From a virus (Duplodnaviria; Caudoviricetes): a DNA stretch of 64,000 bases. The stretch is taken from positions 1 to 64,000 of the IMG/VR virus record IMGVR_UViG_3300049563_000052; one strand, written 5' to 3'. Positions within the stretch are counted from its first letter, which is position 1; every line of letters begins with the position of its first letter. Shown here in pieces: positions 27,062 through 34,899 of this stretch. The translations under genes were made by a program, and so were the position numbers. The notes below the pieces were generated by a model. The model saw only the letters and a program-made list of their open reading frames with translations, searched no databases and was not told the origin of the DNA.

Positions 27062-27672
27062 TGGGCCGCACGCACGTCATCACCGGGGCTGCGGTCGGCG
27101 CCTGGTATGCGGCGCTGATCCCGGTCGGGCACACCCCGACCGCCGACCTCATCCGGGTGATCAGCTGGGGGATCGTGACCGTCGCCGCCACCTTCCCCGA
27201 CATCGACCATTTCAAGGGGGCGGTGTCGACCTACCTGCCCCCGTTTACGACCGCCCTGTCCTGGGCGGTGCGCGGCGCCCCCATCCGGCTACCCGGCCGC
27301 CGGTTCCGGCTGTGGCCCGGGGTGCGGCACCGCGGGCAGCTGCACACCCCGCGCTCGGTGGTGTGGGCGGGCGGGGTCGGCTGCGTGCTCATCGGCATCG
27401 GCTGCGGGGTGCTCGCGCTGACCCACCCGGACGGGCTGTGGGCCGGGTGGTGGGCGTGGGGTCTCGCGGTCGGCGTCGGCTGGGCCACGCACCTCGCGTT
27501 CGATGCCCGCACCCACTCCGGGATCCCGGTCGGCGACAACAAGCACTGGACGTATGGCACCACCGTGCGCACCGGCGACAAGGACGAGGGCCGGATCCGG
27601 GTGTGGTGGTTCCGGATCGCGTGGGTGTCGGCCATCGCCGCGTTCGCGTTCACCGGGCTGCGGGTGATCTGA
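27058..27672 (+). CDS. Membrane-bound metal-dependent hydrolase (YdjM-like)
   Basis: MMGRTH, FPDIDH, HRG..H, HLAFD..T.SGIP. Confidence 0.85.
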   Translation: MMGRTHVITGAAVGAWYAALIPVGHTPTADLIRVISWGIVTVAATFPDIDHFKGAVSTYLPPFTTALSWAVRGAPIRLPGRRFRLWPGVRHRGQLHTPRSVVWAGGVGCVLIGIGCGVLALTHPDGLWAGWWAWGLAVGVGWATHLAFDARTHSGIPVGDNKHWTYGTTVRTGDKDEGRIRVWWFRIAWVSAIAAFAFTGLRVI

Positions 27673-27745
27673 CCGCACACCCCTCGCATGCGGGCCCGGC
27701 GAGCCTCGCCGGGCCCGCCGCCTGTCGGTGCCACGCTGACTGTTC

Positions 27746-27979
27746 ATGGGGGTCGAGCTGGACCAGGTCTCGGTGATCGACTCGGCGATGCGGCGCGGCT
27801 GGCGCCCGGACCCGAGGCAACTGCGGGGGGTGAGCATCGCCGGGTGCCTGCACCAAGGCGATCCGTACGGCCGGTTCTGGACCGACGACGCGCCGCGGCA
27901 CCTCGCGCACCCGGACGTCGACGGGCCGCTGCTGAGCGTCGCCGCGGACGCCGCGACCACGTTCCTCAACACGACGTGA
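27746..27979 (+). CDS. Hypothetical protein
   Basis: CACGCT box before a leaderless-type ATG. Confidence 0.45.
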   Translation: MGVELDQVSVIDSAMRRGWRPDPRQLRGVSIAGCLHQGDPYGRFWTDDAPRHLAHPDVDGPLLSVAADAATTFLNTT

Positions 27980-28227
27980 TGCCGTTCACCCGCGCCCCCG
28001 GGGCCGCCCTGACCACCGAGGAGGACCAGCTGCGGAAGCGGCTGCGGCTGGCGATGTTCCGGGCGCCGCGCGTGCTACCGCAGCCGATAGCGGCGATCAT
28101 TGCGCGGGAGTGTGGCGACTGGATCGACGTCGGCTACCGCTTCGGCGATCACGCAACGATGACGCAGCTGGCCGAGCTACTGCTGGTCAAGCTGCCGGAG
28201 TGGAAGGAACCCGAACATGGCAGCTAA
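27979..28227 (+). CDS. Hypothetical protein
   Basis: TGATG coupling. Confidence 0.55.
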   Translation: MPFTRAPGAALTTEEDQLRKRLRLAMFRAPRVLPQPIAAIIARECGDWIDVGYRFGDHATMTQLAELLLVKLPEWKEPEHGS

Positions 28228-28348
28228 GAAGCCGGGCGTCGTCAAGACCGGCGGCAAGAAGCCGACCAACCCGTTCGCCCTGAAAGGCAAGAAGGGCAAG
28301 GCCAAGAAGGGCAAGAAGAAGGGCAACCCGTTCGCGAAGGGCAAGTGA
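28217..28348 (+). CDS. 43-aa Lys-rich peptide (not in ORF track)
   Basis: GAAGGA RBS; MAAKKPGVVKTGGKKPTNPFALKGKKGKAKKGKKKGNPFAKGK. Confidence 0.65.
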   Translation: MAAKKPGVVKTGGKKPTNPFALKGKKGKAKKGKKKGNPFAKGK

Positions 28349-28351
28349 CCG

Positions 28352-28435
28352 ATGGGCGGTAAGCCGAAGCCGGGCACGCCGAAGGACAAGCGCAAGAAGG
28401 GGCGGGGGAAGAAGCCCGGCCCGAAGCCGCGGTGA
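28352..28435 (+). CDS. 27-aa Lys-rich peptide (not in ORF track)
   Basis: MGGKPKPGTPKDKRKKGRGKKPGPKPR; GTGA coupling to the next gene. Confidence 0.55.
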   Translation: MGGKPKPGTPKDKRKKGRGKKPGPKPR

Positions 28436-28635
28436 GCGGCCAGCAGCCGGACCCGGGGTTCGGGTTCACCGCTGTGCAAGAGGCCGCCGTGCAAATGCAC
28501 GAGCTGTTCGTGACGTGGCGCAAGGCAGGGTTCTCCGAGAAGCAAGCGCTGCACCTCATGAGCCAGCTCATGAACACGTCGCTGACCCAGGGCCAGACCC
28601 CGTGCCCGCACTGCGGGAAGCGACCGGGGGACTAG
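28432..28635 (+). CDS. Small phage protein
   Basis: AVQMHELF..W.KAGFSEKQAL.L. Confidence 0.65.
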   Translation: MSGQQPDPGFGFTAVQEAAVQMHELFVTWRKAGFSEKQALHLMSQLMNTSLTQGQTPCPHCGKRPGD

Positions 28636-28814
28636 TCGGCCCCGCCGAGCTGCAACCACATCACCACCGCATCCGCGGCGGCCCGCCACGCCGCCCGGAT
28701 CTCCGGGTCCTGCTGGTGCCAGTCGGGCAGCGGCTCACCGCTGACCAGCGACCGGCCATCCGAGTACACCCGGTATCCCTCGTAGGCGGCCTGCCCGGCT
28801 TCCATGCCCATCAC
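28632..28814 (-). CDS. Small phage protein
   Basis: GQAAYEGY..G.SL..G..LP.W..IRAAWRAAA. Confidence 0.6.
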   Translation of the reverse strand: MMGMEAGQAAYEGYRVYSDGRSLVSGEPLPDWHQQDPEIRAAWRAAADAVVMWLQLGGAD

Positions 28815-28999
28815 TCCCGGGCGGCGCGGTGCACCGCCGGCTCGGCCTGGTCGCGCAGCACGATCGTTTCGTCGTCGACCATCTGCGGCTCCGGCTGGAT
28901 CCGCCACCACGCCTCCCCGGAGCGCGTCCACCCCGCTCCCGGCGGGCGCATCCCGCACAGCAGCACGACCAAATCCCCGGTCATGGCCATCTTCGTCAT
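28811..28999 (-). CDS. Hypothetical protein
   Basis: GTGA coupling to the next gene. Confidence 0.4.
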   Translation of the reverse strand: MTKMAMTGDLVVLLCGMRPPGAGWTRSGEAWWRIQPEPQMVDDETIVLRDQAEPAVHRAARE

Positions 29000-29331
29000 C
29001 GCGGCCCCAAAACCTCGAGAACCGACCGAACCCGAACCGGGCATCGGCCGTGTGTCGGGGTACGGGGCCCGCCCGTCATACCCCCCACCCGGGCGGACGA
29101 GCCTCGCGGGGCCCGTCCGTTGTCCCCCCAGCACACCCGGGCGGGCGGGCCCCGGCCCCTACTAAGTACAAAGCAAGTACCTCGCAGATACATCTCCGGC
29201 GCGCCGGGTGCTGCGGGGGGCCAGGAGATCCACCCGGGCGCCCAAGGCGGATCTGTCGGATGCGCGTACCTACCGACCGTTTTCGGCATGCCCGGCCCCC
29301 GCAGCCCGCCGACGGTAACCCGCCGACGCAG

Positions 29332-29541
29332 CTAGCGCGGAAACCAGTGCACCAGCACGGGGGTTCCGTCGTCGGGGCAGTAATGGCTCATCGTGTCGAG
29401 GATGCGCCCGCGCACGGCGTACTGGCCTGCTACGCAGTCCGGGCAGAACCGGGCCCGTATCCGCTGCGGGGGGTCGCCGATGTAGAGGGGCGGGTCCGCG
29501 ATGACGTGCGGCACGTCGACATGCGGCAACGAGCGCATCAC
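29332..29541 (-). CDS. Small Zn-ribbon-like protein
   Basis: FCPDC..YCPDDG; coupled to the upstream gene. Confidence 0.5.
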   Translation of the reverse strand: MMRSLPHVDVPHVIADPPLYIGDPPQRIRARFCPDCVAGQYAVRGRILDTMSHYCPDDGTPVLVHWFPR

Positions 29542-30137
29542 CCGGAGAACGTCGGCGCTCCCGGCGCTGCCGCCGCGGTGGCGGGCAGCGCCGCGACCTT
29601 CCCGGTGGCGACCGCGCGGCCGTGCTCGGCGAACGCCTCGATCAGCCCCCGGGCCCAACATTCCTGCTCGAACACGTCTTGCTTGAGCCGCCCGACCTTG
29701 TTGCTCTCCGGCATCGACCGGGACACCGCCCACCGCTTGCCGGTGCGTTCGTCGTGGGTGGCGCGTTTGAGCCCGCCGCAGCCGTGCGCGCACACGAAGA
29801 ACAGCCGGACCTGCTTGGCCCCGCCGATCACGAACGGGGCCTCTTCGCTGCGCATGAGGAACCACGCGTGCATGAACGCCCGACAGAACACCTGCTCGTT
29901 GGTCATGTTGACCAGGGCGGGGTCGCGGGTCGGGCGGGTGTCGTCGACGGTGACCGGCTGCGGCGCGGGCACCGCCGCGGCCGTCGGCTCCGGGGCCGTG
30001 ACCGGCGCGTTTTTACGACGCTTTACGTTCGGCTTCGTAGTGATCTTCGGGGCGCGTCGGGCCTTCACGGCGGCGGGGCGCTCGTCGATGATGATGTCGG
30101 GGCGGCGGTTGGGCTTACGCGGCTTCGCGGCGGACAA
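29538..30137 (-). CDS. Basic N-terminus plus Cys/His domain protein
   Basis: GAAAGGA RBS; CRAFMHAW..CAHGC. Confidence 0.55.
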   Translation of the reverse strand: MSAAKPRKPNRRPDIIIDERPAAVKARRAPKITTKPNVKRRKNAPVTAPEPTAAAVPAPQPVTVDDTRPTRDPALVNMTNEQVFCRAFMHAWFLMRSEEAPFVIGGAKQVRLFFVCAHGCGGLKRATHDERTGKRWAVSRSMPESNKVGRLKQDVFEQECWARGLIEAFAEHGRAVATGKVAALPATAAAAPGAPTFSG

Positions 30138-30368
30138 CCTGCTGATCCTTTCGTGGTCTCGTTGGGGGGGTCGCTGCGAGCCTGCCCTACCGGCGGCGGT
30201 GCCGGTCGGCGAGTTCCGACAGCACCGCCGCGACGATCAGGAACACCACGATGAGCATCACCCAGTCGGTGAGCGTCATCGGCTCGATAGGCGGCGTCAT
30301 CGGCGGGCGCGGCGTTATCGGCCGCGGCGGGACACCCCAGAGCGGCGCGAGCACGCGGTGAGCCTGCC

Positions 30369-30734
30369 CTACGGCTCGACTTCCACCACATCGGGCCGCA
30401 GCGTGGACAGCGACTGGCCGATGTTGGTCACCACGTCCGCGGGCACCTGCCGCTCGTGCAGGATCGAGATCAGGTGGGTGGCCACCGTATTGAACGCGAC
30501 GTCGGTGATGCCGAGCCCGGCATGCGCGGGCCGCAGCGCCCGCCCCGAGTAGCCGTCCGGGCCGCCGAACGCAGCAGTGAGGAACGCCCGCTGATGATGT
30601 TCGAGCCGGTCCATGTCGACGTCGTCGAAGTAGCCGCGGGTTTCCTCGTCGTCGAGCAGCCGCTTGTACAGCTCCCCGGTGATCTCCGCGATGCCGGATT
30701 CGCCGCCGAGCGTGGCGTAGATGGGGGCGGTCAC
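30369..30734 (-). CDS. glbN: Group I truncated haemoglobin (trHbN)
   Basis: IYATLGG; B10 Tyr (LYKR); CD1 Phe (GYF); E11 Gln (HHQRAFL); GGP..YSGR; proximal His (PAHAGL); GTGA coupling. Confidence 0.9.
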   Translation of the reverse strand: MTAPIYATLGGESGIAEITGELYKRLLDDEETRGYFDDVDMDRLEHHQRAFLTAAFGGPDGYSGRALRPAHAGLGITDVAFNTVATHLISILHERQVPADVVTNIGQSLSTLRPDVVEVEP

Positions 30735-30985
30735 GATCGCCGCCGCTCCGGCCGCCACACGAAATCAGCCGGGGCGGGGAACCCGGCCTGCACGAGCTGG
30801 GCGTCGGAGAGCCCCGTGGTGGCGCGGGCCGCCTGGTAGGTGCGGGTCAGGTCCGCGTGCATGTTGGCGGCCTGGCTGACGTTCACCGAGGCGAACGTGT
30901 AGGCGTCCCGGATGCGGCGCAGGTACTCCACCATGGTCGCGGTCAGCCAGGTCGGGGTCTTGTCCGTGATGGTTGCGGGGGGCAT
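30731..30985 (-). CDS. Hypothetical protein co-transcribed with glbN
   Basis: GGAAGGA RBS; CCCCACCAC motif. Confidence 0.6.
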   Translation of the reverse strand: MPPATITDKTPTWLTATMVEYLRRIRDAYTFASVNVSQAANMHADLTRTYQAARATTGLSDAQLVQAGFPAPADFVWRPERRRS

Positions 30986-31066
30986 GAGACGGGTGGTCCT
31001 TCCGACGCTGGGGGAGTGGTGGGGCCAAGCCCGCCACCCTTCCGGACCGGGCCAGGACCGTCAAAT

Positions 31067-31085
31067 GCGCGCGCCCGGCGCGCCG
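31067..31085. promoter_or_regulatory. 19-bp palindrome variant in a divergent intergenic region
   Basis: gcgcgcgcc c ggcgcgccg. Confidence 0.55.
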
Positions 31086-31114
31086 GTGATCGAAGCTATG
31101 TCACACTGTGCGCC

Positions 31115-31447
31115 ATGTCCACCACGGATCCGCTCGACGAGGCGGTACGGGCCGCCGCGGGCACGCTCGTGCAGAGCGGGGAGCAGATCATCACCTGGGT
31201 GGTGCTGTGCGGAACCCGCAACTTCAACGGGGACGGCGGCGTCATCGTGATGCCCGCCGAGGTCAGCATGCCGGTGTGGCAGGCGAAGGGCATCCTCGTC
31301 GACGCGCTGGACGAGATCCGCAACGGCGGCGGGCGCATGGTGCTGCCCGCCGACGGCCCCCCGGATGACGACCTGGGCGGCGGCCCGGATGATGACTTCC
31401 GCATCGACCCCGATGACCCGCTCGGCGGGCAGTGGCCCGCGGCCTGA
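31115..31447 (+). CDS. Acidic hypothetical protein
   Basis: CACACT box before ATG. Confidence 0.6.
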   Translation: MSTTDPLDEAVRAAAGTLVQSGEQIITWVVLCGTRNFNGDGGVIVMPAEVSMPVWQAKGILVDALDEIRNGGGRMVLPADGPPDDDLGGGPDDDFRIDPDDPLGGQWPAA

Positions 31448-31448
31448 A

Positions 31449-31790
31449 CTAGTCGAACGGGCCGCAGTCCGGGGGCCTGGTCACCGCGAACACGTCCGCG
31501 GCGAACACCCACCGCGCGGGCTGCCCGTCCAGCTTGAGGTAGCCCTGCTCGGTGCGGCACACGATGCGCACCTGCGACCCCGCCGCCGGGGTCACCCCGA
31601 CCTTCCCGCAGCCGAACGCGCAGCCGACCCCATTCGGGTCCGCCGCGTACAGCGGGGCCCCGGCATCCACCACCATCCCGGTGGTGATCGTGTCGACCAC
31701 CCGTCGCGGCGGCGCCGGCTGGGTCAGCGTCGAGACGGCCAGTAGGGCGATCGCGGATGCGGCGAACACGCCGCCCACAAGTAGGCGCAT
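31449..31790 (-). CDS. Secreted SH3-like protein
   Basis: Signal/TM; GSQVRIVC..YLKL..WV..PDC. Confidence 0.5.
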   Translation of the reverse strand: MRLLVGGVFAASAIALLAVSTLTQPAPPRRVVDTITTGMVVDAGAPLYAADPNGVGCAFGCGKVGVTPAAGSQVRIVCRTEQGYLKLDGQPARWVFAADVFAVTRPPDCGPFD

Positions 31791-31823
31791 ACCCGGACGG
31801 ACGGATCCCGGGCCCGCCCGGTT

Positions 31824-31845
31824 CACCGTTTCACGTGAAACGGTG
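31824..31845. promoter_or_regulatory. parS: Chromosomal-type parS centromere site
   Basis: caccGTTTCACGTGAAACggtg; perfect 22-bp palindrome containing the actinobacterial parS consensus. Confidence 0.85.
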
Positions 31846-31888
31846 GGCGCGCATCGAACACGACCCCGCCGCGGTACGTGTGCCGGAC

Positions 31889-32242
31889 GTGACCACCGTG
31901 AACCTCGAAGAACAACGCCGCATCTACGGGCTGCCGCTCGCCGACGTCGTATTCCGGATCACCGAGCGGCTCGGCATCACACAGGTCCAGCTGGCCCGCA
32001 CCCTCGACATCTCCCCGGCCATGCTGAGCCAGCTCATCTCCGGGCAGCGGGTGCGCATCGGTGACCCGACCGCGCTGGCGCGGCTGATCGTGCTCGACCG
32101 CGCCTCCGTCGACGTGTGTTCGTGCGACAAGGACGCGGTGCGGGAGCTGCTGGGCCGGGTCGCCACGATCCACTGGCAGTGGCCGCCGACCCCCCGGCCG
32201 CGGCCACACCTCGCCGTGGTTGACGCTGTGCAACATCATTAG
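31889..32242 (+). CDS. XRE-type HTH DNA-binding protein
   Basis: QRRIYG.PL..LGITQVQLARTLDISPAMLSQLISGQRVRIG. Confidence 0.8.
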   Translation: MTTVNLEEQRRIYGLPLADVVFRITERLGITQVQLARTLDISPAMLSQLISGQRVRIGDPTALARLIVLDRASVDVCSCDKDAVRELLGRVATIHWQWPPTPRPRPHLAVVDAVQHH

Positions 32243-32247
32243 AGGGG

Positions 32248-32406
32248 CGGATCTTGTCGGGGGGCTCGGTAGGATGCCCCCGTCAGACCGTGTTAGCCCC
32301 GTCGGGCGTACTGGCTCCAGACAGCTGTTCCGGGTGGGCTCCCGGCGATCACCCCGCGGCGAGATCCGCGTAGATCACGGATCTTGTCGGGGGGCTCGGC
32401 TAGCGT
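32248..32406 (+). promoter_or_regulatory. Two 22-bp direct repeats, each followed by a TAnnnT box
   Basis: cggatcttgtcggggggctcgg at 32248 and 32378, followed by TAGGAT and TAGCGT. Confidence 0.7.
32287..32353 (+). ncRNA. Degenerate tRNA-like unit 1 (Trp-like CT-CCA-GA loop)
   Basis: TA, GCCC/GGGC D-stem, CCGGG/CCCGG T-stem; T-loop and acceptor stem eroded. Confidence 0.4.
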
Positions 32407-32810
32407 GCCGGGCCGGGTCGCCGCTTCGGCGCTGAGGACTGCGCCCGCGTGCCCGCCACCGTGCCGTAGACCGGGTTCGAGTCCCGGGGGCGGCGACCCC
32501 CCCGGCTACGATCGGCCTTCGCCGCCCCGGCCCCGGAGGCACCACCGGTGGACGGTTCGAGTCCGTCGCCGGACGGGCCCGGGGCCGCGACCGCCGCCTG
32601 CGCCCGCCAGAACGCGGCGCCCCGCTCGTTTTGGGCGCCCCGCACGAGCTCCGCCCGGTAGAAGGCGTTCAGATGCCAGCTATCGCAGAGCGCCTCCGCG
32701 GAGGCCGGGCCCTGGTAGCAGTCCCCCACGTACACGTCGATGCGCTCGCCCGGATCGCGGTAGTGCCAGGGGCAGTTGTCCGGGCCGACGATCTCCACCG
32801 GCCCGGTCAC
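32400..32810 (-). CDS. Hypothetical protein whose 3' end is antisense to the tRNA-like units
   Basis: Coupled to the upstream gene; C-terminal part looks like read-through. Confidence 0.45.
   Translation of the reverse strand: MTGPVEIVGPDNCPWHYRDPGERIDVYVGDCYQGPASAEALCDSWHLNAFYRAELVRGAQNERGAAFWRAQAAVAAPGPSGDGLEPSTGGASGAGAAKADRSRGGRRPRDSNPVYGTVAGTRAQSSAPKRRPGPAR
32420..32495 (+). ncRNA. tRNA-like unit 2 with scrambled anticodon arm
   Basis: Acceptor GCCGCTT/GGGCGGC (extends by 5 bp); D-arm GCGC-TGAGGACT-GCGC; T-arm CCGGG-TTCGAGT-CCCGG. Confidence 0.7.
32500..32575 (+). ncRNA. tRNA-like unit 3 with non-canonical anticodon loop
   Basis: CCGGC/GCCGG acceptor; TA; CGA/TCG D-stem; variable hairpin; T-arm GACGG-TTCGAGT-CCGTC. 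Confidence 0.6.
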
Positions 32811-33004
32811 TAGCCGTCCAGCAAGAACCGGGCCACCGCCACCAGATCGTCCACCGTGCTGATCAGCGCGATCTGCTCCGCCAGCTCACCGGCGTGACGC
32901 ATGGCGGCGGCCCGTCGCTCCAGCGCCCGATCCTCACCCCACCACTGCCGGGCGGCGGGCTCGGCGTCGTCGGCGATCTCGACGTTCGCGGCGTCCTCGC
33001 TCAC
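32810..33004 (-). CDS. Hypothetical protein
   Basis: Coupled to the next gene. Confidence 0.5.
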   Translation of the reverse strand: MSEDAANVEIADDAEPAARQWWGEDRALERRAAAMRHAGELAEQIALISTVDDLVAVARFLLDG

Positions 33005-33014
33005 GCGCTGACGC

Positions 33015-33266
33015 CTAGCCCGTCGGCTCATCCGGGCGTAGCCCGCGCAGCCGCGCCACCAGCGGGCTAAGCGCTCGCGCGGTGTCCGCGTCCACCGTCG
33101 ACCCCTCTTGCAGCTTCGCGTCCAGGGCGTCCAGCTCGCCTGCCACCTCATCGATCGCCGCCGTCAGCGCCGTGAGCTGCGCCTGGGTCTGCTCACCAAC
33201 CATCAAGATCCTCCGTATCCGGCCGGGCATGGCCAGCAGATCATCGAGCCACTGCCCCGGGGTCAC
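33015..33266 (-). CDS. Small coiled-coil protein
   Basis: Heptad pattern; alternative start at 33203 with GGAGG. Confidence 0.55.
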   Translation of the reverse strand: MTPGQWLDDLLAMPGRIRRILMVGEQTQAQLTALTAAIDEVAGELDALDAKLQEGSTVDADTARALSPLVARLRGLRPDEPTG

Positions 33267-33361
33267 GGGGGATCATCCTGGCATCCGAACGGGTGAAATC
33301 CGCGGCGACATCCGGAAAAAACGGGGGGTAGTCGCATCCGGCGCACCTATAGCTCCGATAG

Positions 33362-33601
33362 CTATAACGAACCGTCCGCGTCCACAGAGCTGCCCACAGC
33401 TGGGGACGCGACCAGTGCCCGCATCCGGTCCCCGACCCGGTCGGCGGTCGGGCGGTCCAACCCGAGCGCGAGCAGCCCGGCCAGCATGCCCAGCTCGAAC
33501 GTTTCCGCCAGCGCCTCCGCGGCGCGCAGCTGCCCGCACGCCGGGCACCGCTGCGCGTCACGCGTGACGTCACGCGGGACATCACGGGGGACGTCAGTCA
33601 C
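33362..33601 (-). CDS. Hypothetical protein with DVPR repeats and CPAC
   Basis: 12-bp repeats at about 33553-33598. Confidence 0.4.
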   Translation of the reverse strand: MTDVPRDVPRDVTRDAQRCPACGQLRAAEALAETFELGMLAGLLALGLDRPTADRVGDRMRALVASPAVGSSVDADGSL

Positions 33602-33698
33602 CGGCGCACCGCCAGCAGCAGCGACACCCCGAACCACGCCCCGCCGACCAGCACACACCACATGACGACGTCACCCGCCGACCCGCCGATGATCGGCG

Positions 33699-33893
33699 TC
33701 ACCGGCGACGCCCGCGCGCCTTCCGGGTGCGGGCCGCCTTGCGGGACATCGCCGACCGCTGCCCGTGGGTGCGGCCCCCGTTGGCGATCCGCGCCGCCTG
33801 CTGCTTGGTCATGCCGTGACGGCGCAGCGCTCGATACACCTTCTGCCTGGACGCGTAAACGAACCCGTACTTGCCGCCTCGGCTGGAGACCAT
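33699..33893 (-). CDS. Small basic protein, Y.ALRR.G..K..AARI.N family
   Basis: GGAGG RBS; paralogue of the upstream gene. Confidence 0.7.
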   Translation of the reverse strand: MVSSRGGKYGFVYASRQKVYRALRRHGMTKQQAARIANGGRTHGQRSAMSRKAARTRKARGRRR

Positions 33894-33898
33894 GATCG

Positions 33899-34039
33899 CT
33901 ACTTCCTCCGACGGCGGCGGGTCTTCTTGGCTGCCGCGTTCGAGATCCGCGCCGCGCTGCTCTTGGAGTGGCCCTTGCGGCGAAGAGCCTCGTACATGCG
34001 GGGCCGCTTCAGTGATCGTTTCCACTTCGTGCCGGGCAT
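33899..34039 (-). CDS. 46-aa basic protein, same family (not in ORF track)
   Basis: MPGTKWKRSLKRPRMYEALRRKGHSKSSAARISNAAAKKTRRRRRK. Confidence 0.7.
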   Translation of the reverse strand: MPGTKWKRSLKRPRMYEALRRKGHSKSSAARISNAAAKKTRRRRRK

Positions 34040-34118
34040 GGCGTCATGGTGACACGGGCTGACCGCCTACCGATTGCACCGTGCCAACGCCCGGCGCTCA
34101 CTCGTACGGTGGGCGCTC

Positions 34119-34331
34119 GTGACCCAGACCCCGTCGCAGACCACCCGTCCCGCGTCCCGCCGTGAAGGCAACGGACGCCTCGCCGCACTCGACGAGATCA
34201 TCGACAACGTGTTCGACCTGTACGCGCGGGCGCTCGACACCCAGCGGCAGATCGCCAAGTCGATGCTCGACGTGTTCGCGCCGATGTACTCGGTGGTCGA
34301 GGAAGCTCAGCGACTGGTCCGCGAACGCTGA
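34119..34331 (+). CDS. Small amphipathic helical protein
   Basis: TACGGT box before GTG. Confidence 0.55.
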   Translation: MTQTPSQTTRPASRREGNGRLAALDEIIDNVFDLYARALDTQRQIAKSMLDVFAPMYSVVEEAQRLVRER

Positions 34332-34390
34332 CACCCCCCTCGGCCGAGCTGAGCACCCGGCCGAGAAGTAGCCCACCCGGCCGAGTAGAC

Positions 34391-34422
34391 GCCGGGCCGT
34401 CCCTCCCTCGGGGCGGCCCGGC
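34391..34422. terminator. Bidirectional hairpin
   Basis: gccgggccgtccc/ggggcggcccggc between convergent genes. Confidence 0.6.
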
Positions 34423-34432
34423 GGTGTCGTTT

Positions 34433-34822
34433 TCAGCCTCGTGGGCCGTTGTGCGGGCGCTGCCCGCCGAGCAGCAACCTGTACGCGGCCTGTCCGTCCT
34501 CCGACTGCGCCCACTCGTCCGCTTCCGCCTTGGTGGCGTCGAACTCGCCGTCCTTGGCCGCCTGCGCCACCGCCATGCCGCGCTGTTTCAGCGCGGCATG
34601 GTCCTGCACCTGCACCACGCGCAGGATGTCGGCGAGCAACCTGCTGATGTTCATGCCGTCGTCGACGTCGGGCGGGCAGCGAAAGTCGTCGTAGTGACAC
34701 GCCTCCGCGTAGTTGGCGACCTGCCCGAACGCCGGGCCGAGCTCGCCGAGCACCCGGGCCAGATACACGCTGGTGCGTTCGCCGTCGCGGCGCCGCTCCC
34801 ACCAGTAGGCCGTGTCGGTCAC
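34433..34822 (-). CDS. Hypothetical phage protein
   Basis: GGAGG RBS; HYDDF..GEFDATK.E..EWA.S. Confidence 0.65.
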   Translation of the reverse strand: MTDTAYWWERRRDGERTSVYLARVLGELGPAFGQVANYAEACHYDDFRCPPDVDDGMNISRLLADILRVVQVQDHAALKQRGMAVAQAAKDGEFDATKAEADEWAQSEDGQAAYRLLLGGQRPHNGPRG

Positions 34823-34871
34823 CGCGTCAGCCTCCGCTCCGCGCGCTCAGTTGCGTCCATCACGATGCCGT

Positions 34872-34893
34872 ATGCGCGCCCGGCGCGCATACT
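34872..34893. promoter_or_regulatory. Perfect 19-bp palindrome merged with CATACT, between divergent genes
   Basis: atgcgcgcccggcgcgcatact, then 6 nt to ATG. Confidence 0.8.
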
Positions 34894-34899
34894 TGAGTC

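Noticed and set aside
32287-32575. Functional decoding tRNA genes or an attP/attL site
   Set aside because: Anticodon arms are non-canonical, there is no adjacent integrase, and phage-like genes continue on both sides
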